From Nitrosospira sp. (lineage in GTDB: Bacteria; Pseudomonadota; Gammaproteobacteria; Burkholderiales; Nitrosomonadaceae), in contig JAYSQR010000038.1 of the NCBI GenBank assembly GCA_043721435.1, forward strand, positions 7,629-71,628: a DNA stretch of 64,000 bases. The letters are read 5' to 3'. The position numbers and the translations under genes are program-made. Under the pieces are notes generated by a model. It had not been told where the DNA came from. It searched no databases and was given only the letters and a program-made list of their open reading frames with translations. Shown here piece after piece: positions 40,014-51,713 of the stretch. Within the stretch, counting starts at the first letter, position 1, and each line of letters starts with the position of its first letter.

Positions 40014-40559
40014 ATGGCACAAGATAACGGTAACCTCATCTGGATCGACATGGAAATGAGCGGACTCAGTTCGGATCGCGATCGCATCATCGAAGTGGCC
40101 CTGGTCGTGACCGATTCGCAGTTGAATGTGGTGGCGGAGGCGCCGGTACTGGTGGTACATCAATCAGACGCGGTGCTGGATGGGATGGACAACTGGAATA
40201 AATCCACTCATGCCAAATCCGGTTTGATCGACAAGATCAAGGCGTCAACCCTGACAGAAGCCGAGGTGGAGACACGCATGCTTGCGTTTCTGCAGCAGCA
40301 CGTTCCAGCCGGGATTTCTCCCATGTGCGGCAATTCCATCTGTCAGGACCGCCGCTTCCTGGCGCGTTCCATGCCGCAACTGGAGGCATATTTTCATTAT
40401 CGCAATCTAGATGTGAGTACCCTGAAGGAACTGGTCAAACGCTGGAAGCCCGAGATTGCCGCAGGCTTGACCAAGCAAAGCAAGCACGAAGCGCTGGCGG
40501 ATATTTACGATTCCATTGTCGAAATGAAGTATTACCGCGAGCATTTCCTCAGAGCGTAG
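40014..40559 (+). CDS. orn: oligoribonuclease
   Basis: [12 protein letters not shown] (DEDDh exo I), [11 protein letters not shown], and [18 protein letters not shown]. 181 aa. Lies close to rsgA, as in E. coli. Confidence 0.95.
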   Translation: MAQDNGNLIWIDMEMSGLSSDRDRIIEVALVVTDSQLNVVAEAPVLVVHQSDAVLDGMDNWNKSTHAKSGLIDKIKASTLTEAEVETRMLAFLQQHVPAGISPMCGNSICQDRRFLARSMPQLEAYFHYRNLDVSTLKELVKRWKPEIAAGLTKQSKHEALADIYDSIVEMKYYREHFLRA

Positions 40560-40627
40560 CAGAGTGATGCGAAATTTACTTTCCTGCTTGCAACCTACTG
40601 TCTAGCCCCCGTCAAGGAGAGTTACGT

Positions 40628-43183
40628 ATGTCCTCCGGCACTGTATTCAACCTCGCAGTCAATCCAAAAATCCCCCACCGGCTGGTCCGCCTGGAGGAGT
40701 TAGCCAACAATCTCTGGTACAGTTGGGATCGCTCAACGCGCTCGCTGTTTTCCCGTTTGCATCCCGGTTTATGGGGGGCAGTGGGGCATAATCCCAAGGC
40801 TTTTCTTAAACGCGTGGACGAATCCCTGCTATTGGAAGCCGCAGAGGATCAGGTATTTCTCGCCAATTACAACAGCATTTTATCGTCCTACGATTCTTAT
40901 CATTCCGAACCGTTACGGCATAACGGCGCCGAAGGTCTGCGTCCGCATGACCAGGTAGCGTACTTCTGTTTCGAGTTTGGTTTTCACGAGAGCTTTCCGA
41001 TTTATTCCGGTGGCCTTGGCATCCTGGCTGGCGACCACTGCAAGGCGGCGAGCGATCTGCGCCTGCCGTTTGTCGGTGTCGGCCTGCTCTATCGTCAGGG
41101 CTATTTCTTCCAGACTATCGATAACCAGGGTAACCAGCAGGTCACCTACACCGATTCGGATTTCGAGGACTTGCCAGCGGCACCGGTACTGCATGCAGAT
41201 GGCTCGGAGGTGCGGGTCGAAGTGGAATTGCCGCAGCGCAAGGTGGTGATAAAAGTATGGCAAGCGCAGGTGGGCCATGTGACGCTGTATCTGCTGGATA
41301 CCGATTTGCCGGAGAATTCCTCGCAGGACCGAGACATTACCCATCAGCTCTATGGTGGCGACAAAGCCATGCGTATCGAGCAGGAAATCATACTCGGTGT
41401 CGGTGGCGTGCGCGCATTGCAGGCGGTGGGCAGGCGGCCGACGGTGTGGCACATCAACGAAGGTCATGCGGCATTCATGATGCTGGAACGCATGCGCAAT
41501 CTGGTGCAGCAGGGTCTGGATTTCGCCAGCGCACTGGAAGCGGTGGCAGTGAACACGGTGTTCACCACCCATACCGCAGTACCGGCGGGGCATGACCATT
41601 TCAACGCAGACATGATGCAGACATATTTCGAGGGATTCTACCGTGATCTCGGCATCGCTCGCGAAGAGTTCATGGCACTGGGCCGCGTTCCCGACGGTCC
41701 GGATTTCAACATGACCGCGCTCGCCATCCGCAGTTCGCGCTCGCATAACGGTGTGAGCAGGATCCACGGTCATGTGTCGGCGCGCATTTGCCAGGATTTG
41801 TGGCCGCAGATCGAGCCGGAAGAGAATCCAATGGGGTATATCACCAACGGCGTGCATGTGCCGACGTTCCTGGCGCAGGAATGGTCCGATCTGTTCGACC
41901 GCCATCTCGGCCATGAGTGGCGCAACAAACTGTGCGACGCCGAGTATTGGTCGCGCATCGAGACGATACCCGACCACCAGTTCTGGAGCGTGCGGCAATC
42001 GCTGAAATCACAAATGCTTTATGGCGTACGTTCCCACCTCGCCGTACAGAATTCCCGTAACCATGGTTCTGAGGCGCATCTCGACCGATTGCTCAAGCTC
42101 ACCGATCCGATTAATCCGAATATCCTGACCATCGGTTTTGCCCGCCGTTTCGCCACTTATAAACGCGCCACGCTGCTATTCGAGAATCTCGACTGGCTGC
42201 GTAAAATCATCCTTGACCAGGAACGCCCGGTATTGTTTATTTTTGCCGGCAAGGCGCACCCAGCGGATATTCCCGGACAGGATTTGATCCGGCGTATCAG
42301 CCAGGTCGCACGCCTGCCGGAATTTGAAGGGCGGCTGCTGTTGATCGCGGGCTATGATCTGCGGCTTGCGCGGCGGTTGGTGGCGGGGGTGGATGTGTGG
42401 CTCAATAACCCGGTGTACCCGTTGGAAGCAAGCGGCACTTCCGGGATGAAAGCGGGCATCAACGGGACGATTAACCTGAGCGTGCTCGATGGCTGGTGGG
42501 GAGAAGGCTACGATGGCAAGAATGGCTGGGCCATCAAGCCGGGACCGGAGGATATGCCGCCCACGCTGCGCGACCAGGAAGAGAGCCAGACTCTCTACGA
42601 AATCCTGCAGGATCGGGTGGTGCCGCTCTATTATCATCGCGACAAGCTCGGTTACTCGCCCGAGTGGGTGAGAATGGCCAAGCATTCGATGATGTCATTG
42701 CTGCCGCGCTACAATGCCACGCGCATGCTGGGCGAGTACCTGAACAACTTCTATCTGCCGGCGAGCAACCAGGGTGCGCTCTATACCGAGAATGGCTTTG
42801 ATGGCGCCAGAAAAGTTGCCGCCTGGAAAACCCATGTGAGAAATGCATGGGGTGGAGTGACGCTGCGTCGGCTGGATACCCCATGCAAGCGCATCAGTTT
42901 TGGTGATGTCGTACATTTCAGTATCGCCGCAAGACTGAACGGCCTGCAGCCCGAGGATGTGGTGGCGGAACTGTTGGTTTGCCGTCAGTTCAAGGGCAGC
43001 AAGCCATGCGATTTCAAGCACTTCAGGTTCGAAGCCAGCGGTGTCGAGGAATCGGGCGAGCATCTGTTTGAACTGAATCTCGCTCCGGAACTATGCGGCA
43101 GGCTGGAATATTACATCCGTATTTATCCATATCAGCCGCTGCTGACACATCCGCTGGAAATGGGCCTGATGGCATGGCTGTAG
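40628..43183 (+). CDS. glgP: alpha-glucan phosphorylase (GT35, GlgP family with DUF3417 N-terminus)
   Basis: NLWYSWD N-terminal domain, GGLGILAGDH, and the PLP-lysine region EASGTSGMKAGINGTINLSVLDGWW. Confidence 0.92.
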   Translation: MSSGTVFNLAVNPKIPHRLVRLEELANNLWYSWDRSTRSLFSRLHPGLWGAVGHNPKAFLKRVDESLLLEAAEDQVFLANYNSILSSYDSYHSEPLRHNGAEGLRPHDQVAYFCFEFGFHESFPIYSGGLGILAGDHCKAASDLRLPFVGVGLLYRQGYFFQTIDNQGNQQVTYTDSDFEDLPAAPVLHADGSEVRVEVELPQRKVVIKVWQAQVGHVTLYLLDTDLPENSSQDRDITHQLYGGDKAMRIEQEIILGVGGVRALQAVGRRPTVWHINEGHAAFMMLERMRNLVQQGLDFASALEAVAVNTVFTTHTAVPAGHDHFNADMMQTYFEGFYRDLGIAREEFMALGRVPDGPDFNMTALAIRSSRSHNGVSRIHGHVSARICQDLWPQIEPEENPMGYITNGVHVPTFLAQEWSDLFDRHLGHEWRNKLCDAEYWSRIETIPDHQFWSVRQSLKSQMLYGVRSHLAVQNSRNHGSEAHLDRLLKLTDPINPNILTIGFARRFATYKRATLLFENLDWLRKIILDQERPVLFIFAGKAHPADIPGQDLIRRISQVARLPEFEGRLLLIAGYDLRLARRLVAGVDVWLNNPVYPLEASGTSGMKAGINGTINLSVLDGWWGEGYDGKNGWAIKPGPEDMPPTLRDQEESQTLYEILQDRVVPLYYHRDKLGYSPEWVRMAKHSMMSLLPRYNATRMLGEYLNNFYLPASNQGALYTENGFDGARKVAAWKTHVRNAWGGVTLRRLDTPCKRISFGDVVHFSIAARLNGLQPEDVVAELLVCRQFKGSKPCDFKHFRFEASGVEESGEHLFELNLAPELCGRLEYYIRIYPYQPLLTHPLEMGLMAWL

Positions 43184-43229
43184 GGTGATGCTGGGGAGTA
43201 GTGAGTGGAAAGTAGGGAGTGGGGAGGCA

Positions 43230-44762
43230 CTACATTTTCCGCTGCCGTTTGGATGTGGCCGGTTTGGCGCGCGCCTGTTTCGATAGCCTGGATGCTAGCG
43301 ACAGGTAGATTTCATGGTAGGCCGCAGCGCTGGGGCGCCAACTGAAATCTTTGGCCATGCCGTTCCTCTGCAAGCGGTGCCAGGTTGGTTTGTCTTGGTA
43401 GGCGATGCTGACACGACGGATGGCGGCGAGGAAATTGCCGGGGGTCATGGGGTGGAACAGAAAACCGCTGGCGCTTCCGTCGGCCAGCGTTGCCGGGGTG
43501 CAATCCACCACCGTGTCGAGCAGACCACCGGTGGCATGTACCACGGGTGGCGTGCCGTAGCGTTGGCTGTACATCTGGTTCAAACCGCAAGGTTCGAAGC
43601 GCGATGGCATCAGGAAGCTGTCGGCGCCGGCCTCGATCAAGTGTGACAGCGCCTCGTCAAAGCCGATGCGCACCGCGATTTTCCCAGGGTGAGTTTTTGC
43701 CAGCAGCGCTAACCGCTGTTCCAGTGCCGCTTCGCCGTTGCCCAGGATGACCAGTTGTGCGGGAAGCCTGGTCAGTTGCGGTACGACCTGCAGCAGCAGG
43801 TCGTAGCCTTTCTGGTGAGTGAAACGGCTCACTGCCCCAAACAACAAAATATCTGGATCGACCGTGAGTCCCAGCGCCTGCTGCAATGCGCGTTTGTTGG
43901 CGGCTTTGGCGGCAAGCCTGCGGGCAGTGTAATTGCGCGCAAGACAGGGGTCGGTGGCGGGATCCCATTCAACGGTGTCGATGCCATTGACGATGCCGCT
44001 GAGATGTTTGCGGCGTCCCGCCAGCAACCCTTGCAAGCCGAAACCCAGTGGCGCCGTCTGGATTTCTCTGGCATAGGTGGGACTGACGCTGACGATGTGG
44101 TCGGCATAATAGAGTCCGGCCTTGAGAAATGACATTTTGCCGTGGTATTCAACACCGTTGACGTCGAAGCTGGCGGCAGGCAGCCCCAGTTGGGTTACGC
44201 TGCCGGGCGGGAATACCCCCTGAAAAGCGAGATTGTGCACCGTCATCAGGGATGCCGCTTTTGTTCCCCGATGAAAATACAGATATGCCGGCGTGAGGCC
44301 GCTTTGCCAGTCATTGCAGTGGACCACCTGCGGGCGCCAGGCGAGCGGACTGTCATCGCATGCCAGAATTGCGCCGACTTTTGCGAGCAGACCGAAACGC
44401 AGTGCGTTATCCGGCCAGTCGCGCCCGGCTGCATCCAGGTATGGACCGCCTTCGCGCCGGTAAAGGCCGGGGCAGTCGATGATGAATGCGGGAACGTCTG
44501 TGGACGCACTTACCGGCAGTCTGGCGGATAACAGCACGGCTGGCGGAAATTGCGCCAGATCACTCAGCTCTGCTACCTTGCGTTTATGTTTGAGTCCCGC
44601 CAGCACTTGCGGGTAACCGGGGATCAGCAGGCGCACATCCACCCCCAATTGCCGCAGCGCCGCCGGCAGTGCTGCGCTGACGTCACCCAGACCGCCGGTT
44701 TTACTCAGAGGATGGACTTCGGATGTGATGAACAGGATGCTAGTGGATGACGTGGGTGGCAT
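43230..44762 (-). CDS. glgA: glycogen synthase (ADP-glucose type)
   Basis: KTGGLGDV motif at the N-terminus, PSRFEPCGLNQMY, GT5 architecture. Confidence 0.93.
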   Translation of the reverse strand: MPPTSSTSILFITSEVHPLSKTGGLGDVSAALPAALRQLGVDVRLLIPGYPQVLAGLKHKRKVAELSDLAQFPPAVLLSARLPVSASTDVPAFIIDCPGLYRREGGPYLDAAGRDWPDNALRFGLLAKVGAILACDDSPLAWRPQVVHCNDWQSGLTPAYLYFHRGTKAASLMTVHNLAFQGVFPPGSVTQLGLPAASFDVNGVEYHGKMSFLKAGLYYADHIVSVSPTYAREIQTAPLGFGLQGLLAGRRKHLSGIVNGIDTVEWDPATDPCLARNYTARRLAAKAANKRALQQALGLTVDPDILLFGAVSRFTHQKGYDLLLQVVPQLTRLPAQLVILGNGEAALEQRLALLAKTHPGKIAVRIGFDEALSHLIEAGADSFLMPSRFEPCGLNQMYSQRYGTPPVVHATGGLLDTVVDCTPATLADGSASGFLFHPMTPGNFLAAIRRVSIAYQDKPTWHRLQRNGMAKDFSWRPSAAAYHEIYLSLASRLSKQARAKPATSKRQRKM

Positions 44763-44802
44763 GGAGTGAATTGGTATGTTTAGCTTATCTGTCGCTCTGT
44801 TG

Positions 44803-46437
44803 CTAACAGTTTGCCTTGAAATAATTCATTAATCCGTTGGTGGAGGCATCATGGGCGGTCACTGGTTCATCCTGCTCCAGTTCGGCCAGAATTTTCCCGG
44901 CCAGTTCTTTGCCCAGTTCCACTCCCCATTGATCGAATGGGTTTACGTTCCAGACCACGCTTTGTACAAATACCTTGTGTTCGTACAGGGCGAGGAGCGA
45001 CCCCAGGGTCTGGGGATCCAGTTGCCTGAACAGGACGGAAGTGGTGGCATGGTTGCCGGGGAAAGCCTTGTGCGGCAGCAGTTTCTCCAGTGGTTCTCCT
45101 GTCATCCCCTGGGCTGCGAGTTCGGTACGGACTTCGCTTGCGTTCTTGCCGCGCATCAGCGCTTCGGTCTGGGCAAAGAAATTGGCCAGCAACAGGCGAT
45201 GATGGTTGTCGACGGGATTATGGCTTTGGCAGGGCGCCAGGAAATCTGCCGAGATGGTTTGCGTACCTTGGTGCAGTAACTGGTAGAAAGCATGCTGCCC
45301 GTTGGTTCCCGGTTCACCCCATACCACCACGCCGGTGCTGTAGTCCACCGTGTTACCGTCGCGGTCTGTGCGCTTGCCGTTGCTCTCCATTTCCAGTTGT
45401 TGCAGATAAGCCGGGAAGCGCTGCAGATATTGATCGTAAGGCAGCACCGCATGGGTTGTGGCGCCGCAGAAATTGATCTGCCAGATGCCGATGAGGCCGA
45501 GTATGACCGGCAGGTTCTGTTCCAGCGGCGTGCTGCTGAAATGCCGGTCCATTCCCCTTGCCCCGGCGAGTAGCGCATAGAAATTTTCCATGCCGATCGC
45601 AAGTGCAATCGGCAGGCCGATGGCCGACCACAGCGAATAGCGTCCGCCCACCCAATCCCAGAACTCGAACATGTTGCCGGAATCGATGCCGAATTTCTCC
45701 ACCTCCGCACGGTTGGCGGAGACCGCAACGAAATGGGTGGCGACATCCTGTTCCTTGCCGCCATGGGCAAGAAACCATTCCCGCGCGGCGCGGGCATTAG
45801 CCATGGTTTCCTGGGTAGTGAAAGTTTTCGAGGCGATGATAAATAGCGTGGTTTCCGGGTTCAACTGCCCCAGCGTTTCAGCAAGCTGGGTGCCGTCGAT
45901 GTTGGAAACGAAGTGTGGCATGAGATGGGGCGAGCCATAAGGCCGGAGTGCTGCGACCACCATTGCCGGTCCGAGATCGGAACCGCCGATGCCGATATTG
46001 ACCACATCGGTGAAGCGATTGCCGGTGTAGCCTTTCAACTCGCCGCTGCGCACAGTGTTCGAGTATTGTTCCATCTGCGTCAGCACCCGTTTGACCGCGG
46101 GCATGACATCGACCCCGTCCACCAGCACCGAGTTCTCACCGCGCAGTGCAACATGCAGGGCGGCACGGCCCTCGGTATTGTTTATTTTCTCTCCGTGGAA
46201 CATCTGCGCGATCCAGTCCTCCAGCCCTTGCTGGCGGGCGAGTGCTAACAACAGGGTAATGGTCTCCCCGCTGACGGGATGCTTGGAATAGTCCAGCAGC
46301 ATATCGTTAAACCGCAACGAGAATTTGTCGAAGCGCTGCTTATCCTGTGCAAATAACTCGCGCAAATGCTGCCCTGCCATGACTGGCTGGTGGGCCTGCA
46401 ATGCAAGCCAGGCAGGGGACAGGGTGAGAGTGGACAT
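44803..46437 (-). CDS. pgi: glucose-6-phosphate isomerase
   Basis: [19 protein letters not shown], and [11 protein letters not shown] signatures. 544 aa. Confidence 0.95.
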   Translation of the reverse strand: MSTLTLSPAWLALQAHQPVMAGQHLRELFAQDKQRFDKFSLRFNDMLLDYSKHPVSGETITLLLALARQQGLEDWIAQMFHGEKINNTEGRAALHVALRGENSVLVDGVDVMPAVKRVLTQMEQYSNTVRSGELKGYTGNRFTDVVNIGIGGSDLGPAMVVAALRPYGSPHLMPHFVSNIDGTQLAETLGQLNPETTLFIIASKTFTTQETMANARAAREWFLAHGGKEQDVATHFVAVSANRAEVEKFGIDSGNMFEFWDWVGGRYSLWSAIGLPIALAIGMENFYALLAGARGMDRHFSSTPLEQNLPVILGLIGIWQINFCGATTHAVLPYDQYLQRFPAYLQQLEMESNGKRTDRDGNTVDYSTGVVVWGEPGTNGQHAFYQLLHQGTQTISADFLAPCQSHNPVDNHHRLLLANFFAQTEALMRGKNASEVRTELAAQGMTGEPLEKLLPHKAFPGNHATTSVLFRQLDPQTLGSLLALYEHKVFVQSVVWNVNPFDQWGVELGKELAGKILAELEQDEPVTAHDASTNGLMNYFKANC

Positions 46438-46473
46438 GTTGCTTTGTTCCTGATTGTGGAAAATTTTAGGGTT

Positions 46474-46713
46474 ATCCTAAATCCGGCAGTTGAACAGGGT
46501 AGAGTGTGCGGTTTTTGGTGTGCAGGGAAAGGCGCAGCGACGCGGAATGGTCATTCCATTCCAAGGAGTTGCAACGCAGCCATGTTCTGCAAAAATCGTG
46601 CAATTTGCCCTGTAGCGGACTCACCCAAAAGGCGAGGATCAAGCACTGTAAAAAATTTCTATGAGTCATGCTGTTAGACTAAAAAATAAGCGATTAACTG
46701 CCGGATTTAGGAT
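46474..46713. repeat. 240-bp segment bracketed by a perfect 18-bp inverted repeat (MITE-like or long-range hairpin)
   Basis: ATCCTAAATCCGGCAGTT (46474-46491) and its exact reverse complement AACTGCCGGATTTAGGAT (46696-46713). It can also be read as 17-bp IRs flanked by TTA/TTA. The right TTA is the thiolase stop codon. Confidence 0.5.
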
Positions 46714-47897
46714 TATAGACGTTCGAATATTGCCGCGATGCCCTGACCGCCGCCAATGCACATGGTTACCAGCGCATAGCGTCCACCGCTGCGGTGCAGT
46801 TCGTAAATCGCCTTGACCGTAAGGATGCAACCGGTTGCGCCGATGGGGTGCCCCAGTGCCACCGCTCCGCCGTTGGGATTGGTTTTTAGCGGATCAAAAT
46901 GCAACTCTCTCGCCACTGCGCATGCTTGAGCAGCAAAAGCTTCGTTGGATTCAATCACATCCATGTCGGCCACCGTGAGGCCGGCGCGATTCATGGCATT
47001 CTGCACTGCCGGTACCGGACCGATGCCCATGTATTTCGGATCAACCCCGGCGTGGGCATAGGACACCAGTCGCGCCATCGGTTTGAGGCCGCGCTTCTCG
47101 GCGGCACTGCGCTCCATCAGCACCACCGCCGCCGCGCTGTCGTTGATGCCGGAAGTGTTGCCGGCCGTGATTGTGCCGTCTTTCTGGAACACCGGGCGCA
47201 ACCCGGCCAGACCTTCGATACTCACATCCGCGCGCGGATGCTCGTCGACGTCAAAAATTGTCGTACCTCTACGGGTTTCCAATTCAATGGGCAGAATTTG
47301 TTCCTTGAAATAACCATTCCTGATGGCATCGACGGCGCGCCGGTGGCTTTCCAGCGCGAAGGCGTCCTGCTCTGCGCGGCTGATGCCCCACTTGGCGGCG
47401 ATGTTTTCCGCAGTAACTCCCATGTGCACGTTGTCGAACGGGTCGGTCAGTGCGCCTACCATCATGTCCACGGTGCCGCCGTCGTTCATGCGCTGCCCCC
47501 AGCGCAGTGCCGGCAGCAGATATCCGCCGCGACTCATGGATTCCGCGCCGCCGGCAACGGCTGCATCGGTGTCGCTCAGCAGGATGGTTTGCGCGGCGGA
47601 GATGATGGCCTGCAGGCCGCTGCCGCACAAGCGATTCAGGGTCAGTGCGGCGGTGCTCTGCGGCAGGCCGCCGTTGATGCAAGCCACCCGCGCAAGATAT
47701 AGGTCGCGGGCCTCGCCGTGGATCACGTTGCCAAAAACCAGATGTCCGGCTTCGTTGGGATCGATCCCAGCGCGGGCTACTGCCACGCGCACCACTGTTG
47801 CCGCCAGTTCTGTGGCAGCAACATCCTTGAGTGCGCCGCCGTAATCGCCGATGGCGGTACGGACGCCGCTCAATATCACCACTTCCCGTGCTTTCAT
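46713..47897 (-). CDS. acetyl-CoA C-acetyltransferase (thiolase II)
   Basis: Active-site regions LNRLCGSGLQAI, NEAFAAQ, GHPIGATGC, and CIGGGQGIA. 394 aa. Confidence 0.92.
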   Translation of the reverse strand: MKAREVVILSGVRTAIGDYGGALKDVAATELAATVVRVAVARAGIDPNEAGHLVFGNVIHGEARDLYLARVACINGGLPQSTAALTLNRLCGSGLQAIISAAQTILLSDTDAAVAGGAESMSRGGYLLPALRWGQRMNDGGTVDMMVGALTDPFDNVHMGVTAENIAAKWGISRAEQDAFALESHRRAVDAIRNGYFKEQILPIELETRRGTTIFDVDEHPRADVSIEGLAGLRPVFQKDGTITAGNTSGINDSAAAVVLMERSAAEKRGLKPMARLVSYAHAGVDPKYMGIGPVPAVQNAMNRAGLTVADMDVIESNEAFAAQACAVARELHFDPLKTNPNGGAVALGHPIGATGCILTVKAIYELHRSGGRYALVTMCIGGGQGIAAIFERL

Positions 47898-47965
47898 GAA
47901 GTTCTCTCTGGCCGTTCAAAAAATGCTGTTTTATCCGTGCGCATTCGTGGCCAGGTTTCCCCGGA

Positions 47966-50233
47966 TCACTTGCCCACCTCGATCGTTACTGCCGCGCTGC
48001 TGCCTAGGGAGAGAATGATCCCCGTCAGCGGCGGCAGCGTGATGACAATAGAATCCGGCAGCCCCATCCATGACTCGCCGCTGGTGGCGAGATGTCCCAG
48101 GTTGCCCAGATTGCTGCCGCCGTAGTAGGTGGAATCGCTGTTGAATATTTCTTGATAATTTCCCGCAACAGGAACACCGATACGATAGCCCACCCGCGGT
48201 ACCGGGGTGAAATTAAGCGCGATCAGCACGAATGAACCATCCTGTGCGCGGCGCAGGTAAATGATTACGGAATTATCGGCATCGTGGCAGTCGATCCAGG
48301 CAAAGCCTTCTGGCGAGAAATCCAGTTGATACAATGCAGGAGTATTGTTGTAGAGATGATTGAGGTCACGCAACACCGCCTGTATACCGCAGTGCTGTTC
48401 GTATTTTAGTAGACTCCAGTCCAGCTCCCGGCTGGCATTCCATTCGCGCCCCTGGGCGAATTCGTTGCCCATGAAATTGAGTTTCTTGCCGGGGTAAGTC
48501 ATTTGATAAGCAAACAGCAGGCGCAGGTTGGCGAATTTCTGCCAAGCGTCACCCGGCATTTTGTCCAGCAGCGAGCCCTTGCCATGCACCACTTCATCAT
48601 GCGAAAACGGCAGCATAAAATTTTCGGTATAGGCATAGAGCTGGCCGAAAGTGAGCCGGTTATGATGGAACCGCCGGTGCACCGGGTTTTGCAGCATGTA
48701 GGCAAGCGTATCGTTCATCCAGCCCATGTTCCACTTCATCGAGAATCCCAGTCCGCCAGCATAGGTGGGATGCGACACCCCCGGCCATGCGGTGGATTCC
48801 TCAGCCAGCGTCAGCGCCCCGGGGAATTCTTCATGCACCATGATGTTCAATTCACGCAGGAATTCGATGGCCTCGAGGTTTTCCCTGCCGCCATATTTGT
48901 TGGGCAACCATTCGTCCTGCTTGCGGGAATAGTCCAGATAGAGCATGGATGCAACCGCGTCCACCCGCAGTCCGTCAAAATGAAATTCCGCTAACCAGTA
49001 ATGGGCGCTGGATAGCAGAAACGATTTAACTTCGTTACGCCCGAAATTGAAAATATAGGTGCCCCAGTCCTGGTGAAATCCCAGGCGCGGGTCTTCGTGT
49101 TCGTATAGTGCGGTGCCGTCAAAACGGGACAGGGCAAAGGCGTCCTGCGGAAAGTGTGCCGGCACCCAGTCGAGTATCACACCGATCCCCGCCTGATGGC
49201 AGGCATCGATAAAGAATTTCAGATCATCCGGCGGGCCATAGCGGCTGGTGGCGGCGAAATAGCCGGTGGTCTGGTAACCCCAGGATTCATCGAGCGGATG
49301 TTCCGATACCGGTAGCAGTTCGATATGGGTATGGCCCATTTCCAGCACGTAGGGAATCAGGTGCTGGGCAAGCTCGCGATAAGTATAGAAGCGTCCATCC
49401 GGATGCCGTTTCCACGATCCGGCATGAATTTCGTAGATATTCAGCGGCGCGTGCAGCCAGTCCCACTCTGCGCGGTTTGCCAGCCAGCCGCTATCCCGCC
49501 AGTTGATAATATCGGCAGCGGGGGTACGCGCGGCAGTGCCGGGGCGCAGTTCGTAGCGCGTGGCATAAGGGTCGGTTTTCAGCACGACTTCGCCGCTATC
49601 GCGGTTGCGGATCTCGTACTTGTAGAGTGAGTCCGGCGGCAGGCCCGGGATAAACAGTTCCCAGACACCGCTGGAGCCGTGTACCGCCATCGGATGCACT
49701 CGCCCATCCCAGCGGTTGAAATCACCTACTACGCTGATGCGTTCAGCATTGGGTGCCCACACCGAAAAACATACCCCTGCGACACCGTGGATTTCAGCAA
49801 TACGGGCGCCCAGGGTGCGGTACGCCTGCCGTAACCGGCCTTCGTTGAACAGATGCAAGTCATGAGCGGAAATTTGTGGCGGGAATGCGTAAGCATCATA
49901 AGTTTCATATACTGTGGCATTCCGCGCTGCGTCATGTTCCTCAACGCGCAGCAGATAGGGCATGGCGGGCAGAATCGCGCTGTGCCATTCGAAAATCCCG
50001 CTGGGATGGGCGTACGCCATCGGCTCAAAACCGTCGGCTGTTTTGATCCAGACGTTGCTGGCGTGGGGACGGAACACCCGCACCAGGCCGTGGTCTTGCT
50101 GCATGTGGGCGCCAAGAAAAGTGAAAGGATCGTGCAGCCGTGCTGCCAGTAGCGCTTTCAGCAGCGGCGCAACTTTAACGGAGGTGACGGGTTTCACGAG
50201 GCTGGGTTGCATGAGCGGGATTATAGCTTGCAT
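47966..50233 (-). CDS. glgB: 1,4-alpha-glucan branching enzyme
   Basis: GH13 regions [27 protein letters not shown], and [10 protein letters not shown], plus an N-terminal CBM48-like region. Confidence 0.94.
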   Translation of the reverse strand: MQAIIPLMQPSLVKPVTSVKVAPLLKALLAARLHDPFTFLGAHMQQDHGLVRVFRPHASNVWIKTADGFEPMAYAHPSGIFEWHSAILPAMPYLLRVEEHDAARNATVYETYDAYAFPPQISAHDLHLFNEGRLRQAYRTLGARIAEIHGVAGVCFSVWAPNAERISVVGDFNRWDGRVHPMAVHGSSGVWELFIPGLPPDSLYKYEIRNRDSGEVVLKTDPYATRYELRPGTAARTPAADIINWRDSGWLANRAEWDWLHAPLNIYEIHAGSWKRHPDGRFYTYRELAQHLIPYVLEMGHTHIELLPVSEHPLDESWGYQTTGYFAATSRYGPPDDLKFFIDACHQAGIGVILDWVPAHFPQDAFALSRFDGTALYEHEDPRLGFHQDWGTYIFNFGRNEVKSFLLSSAHYWLAEFHFDGLRVDAVASMLYLDYSRKQDEWLPNKYGGRENLEAIEFLRELNIMVHEEFPGALTLAEESTAWPGVSHPTYAGGLGFSMKWNMGWMNDTLAYMLQNPVHRRFHHNRLTFGQLYAYTENFMLPFSHDEVVHGKGSLLDKMPGDAWQKFANLRLLFAYQMTYPGKKLNFMGNEFAQGREWNASRELDWSLLKYEQHCGIQAVLRDLNHLYNNTPALYQLDFSPEGFAWIDCHDADNSVIIYLRRAQDGSFVLIALNFTPVPRVGYRIGVPVAGNYQEIFNSDSTYYGGSNLGNLGHLATSGESWMGLPDSIVITLPPLTGIILSLGSSAAVTIEVGK

Positions 50234-50330
50234 GTGACCGTTGATTCAGAGCAAATTTCATTGTGGGAAAGTGCCATAATGTGAAAATATTATATGCTGA
50301 AGCGCGGTGCCATAATCAAGGGAGCAATAT

Positions 50331-51629
50331 ATGCCTGAGAACTCTTACCCGATGAAGCACGATGCTGATCTGCGTGTTCACAGCCAGATTACACGTAATG
50401 CGATAGCGCTGATACTGGCGGGTGGACGCGGTAGCCGCCTGCAGCAACTCACTGATTGGCGCGCGAAGCCCGCAGTGCCATTCGGCGGCAAGTTTCGCAT
50501 CATTGATTTTCCCCTTTCCAATTGTGTCAATTCCGGTATCCGCCGCATCGGTGTTGCCACCCAGTACAAGGCACAGAGCTTGATAAGACATATCCAGCAC
50601 GGCTGGGGTTTTCTTGATGGCCGCTTCAATGAGTTCGTCGAATTGCTACCTGCACAGCAGCGGATTGAGGAGACCTGGTACCAGGGAACTGCCGATGCGG
50701 TATTCCAGAATCTTGACATCCTGCGCCGCCATGAGCCGAAACACGTGCTGATTCTGGGGGGCGATCACGTTTATAAAATGGACTACAGCAAGCTGCTGGC
50801 CGAGCATGTGGAAAAATCTGCCGATATGACCGTGGCCTGCCTGGAAGTGCCGCTGGAAGAGGCGAGTGGCTTCGGTGTCATGAGCGTCAATGATGAATGG
50901 CGTATCACCAGTTTTGCTGAAAAACCCGCGAACCCTGCACCTATTCCCGGTCAGCCGGGGCAGGCGCTCGTCAGCATGGGCATTTACGTGTTCAACGCCG
51001 CGTTTCTTTTCGAACAATTGATTCGCGACCATGATGACCGCAACTCATCCCACGATTTCGGCAAGGATCTGATTCCGTACCTGGTGCCCCACCATCGGGT
51101 ATTTGCCCACCGTTTTTTTGACAGTTGCGTCAACATGGTCTCGGGTGTACCGTACTGGCGGGACGTGGGTACGGTCGATGCTTACTGGGAGGCCAATCTT
51201 GATCTCACCCATGTGACCCCGGAGCTCAACCTATACGATGAGGACTGGCCGATCTGGACTCACCAGGAACAACTGCCGCCCGCCAAGTTTGTGTTTGATG
51301 ACGAGGACCGGCGCGGCCAGGCGCTGGATTCGATGGTGTCGGGCGGTTGCATCATCAGCGGTGCGACGGTACGCCGCTCAATACTATTCTCCAATGTGCA
51401 AGTCCGCAGCTACAGCAGTATCGAGGACTCGGTGATATTGCCCAACGTCGACATCGCCCGGCATGCGCGCCTGCGGCGGGTGGTAGTAGACAAGAATTGC
51501 ATGATTCCTGAAGGACTGACGGTGGGGTTTGATCCGGAGGAAGACCGCAAGCGGTTTTATGTCACTGATAAAGGCATCACGCTCATTACCCCGGAAATGC
51601 TCGGGCAGAATGTGCATTATGTCAGGTAG
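50331..51629 (+). CDS. glgC: glucose-1-phosphate adenylyltransferase
   Basis: [38 protein letters not shown] and a C-terminal left-handed beta-helix. Confidence 0.95.
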   Translation: MPENSYPMKHDADLRVHSQITRNAIALILAGGRGSRLQQLTDWRAKPAVPFGGKFRIIDFPLSNCVNSGIRRIGVATQYKAQSLIRHIQHGWGFLDGRFNEFVELLPAQQRIEETWYQGTADAVFQNLDILRRHEPKHVLILGGDHVYKMDYSKLLAEHVEKSADMTVACLEVPLEEASGFGVMSVNDEWRITSFAEKPANPAPIPGQPGQALVSMGIYVFNAAFLFEQLIRDHDDRNSSHDFGKDLIPYLVPHHRVFAHRFFDSCVNMVSGVPYWRDVGTVDAYWEANLDLTHVTPELNLYDEDWPIWTHQEQLPPAKFVFDDEDRRGQALDSMVSGGCIISGATVRRSILFSNVQVRSYSSIEDSVILPNVDIARHARLRRVVVDKNCMIPEGLTVGFDPEEDRKRFYVTDKGITLITPEMLGQNVHYVR

Positions 51630-51713
51630 CCGGATGGCTGAAGATCACAAATAGGGTATGATTTTCGCTACCTGAAGTTGTCCCGCTGAGTTTTCAGAGA
51701 GTTTCTACCGTAA

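Noticed and set aside
40913-41998. 361-aa ORF on the minus strand
   Set aside because: It is antisense to glgP, which carries the PLP-lysine signature. It is a shadow ORF. The same reasoning applies to 46899-47702 (antisense to the thiolase), 51954-52646 and 54169-54927 (antisense to the GH57 genes), and 20166-20972 (antisense to the kinase).
46713-47897. Thiolase as part of a polyhydroxybutyrate (phaABC) operon
   Set aside because: No acetoacetyl-CoA reductase or PHA synthase gene is adjacent. The neighbours are pgi and glgB, so I made no pathway call beyond thiolase.
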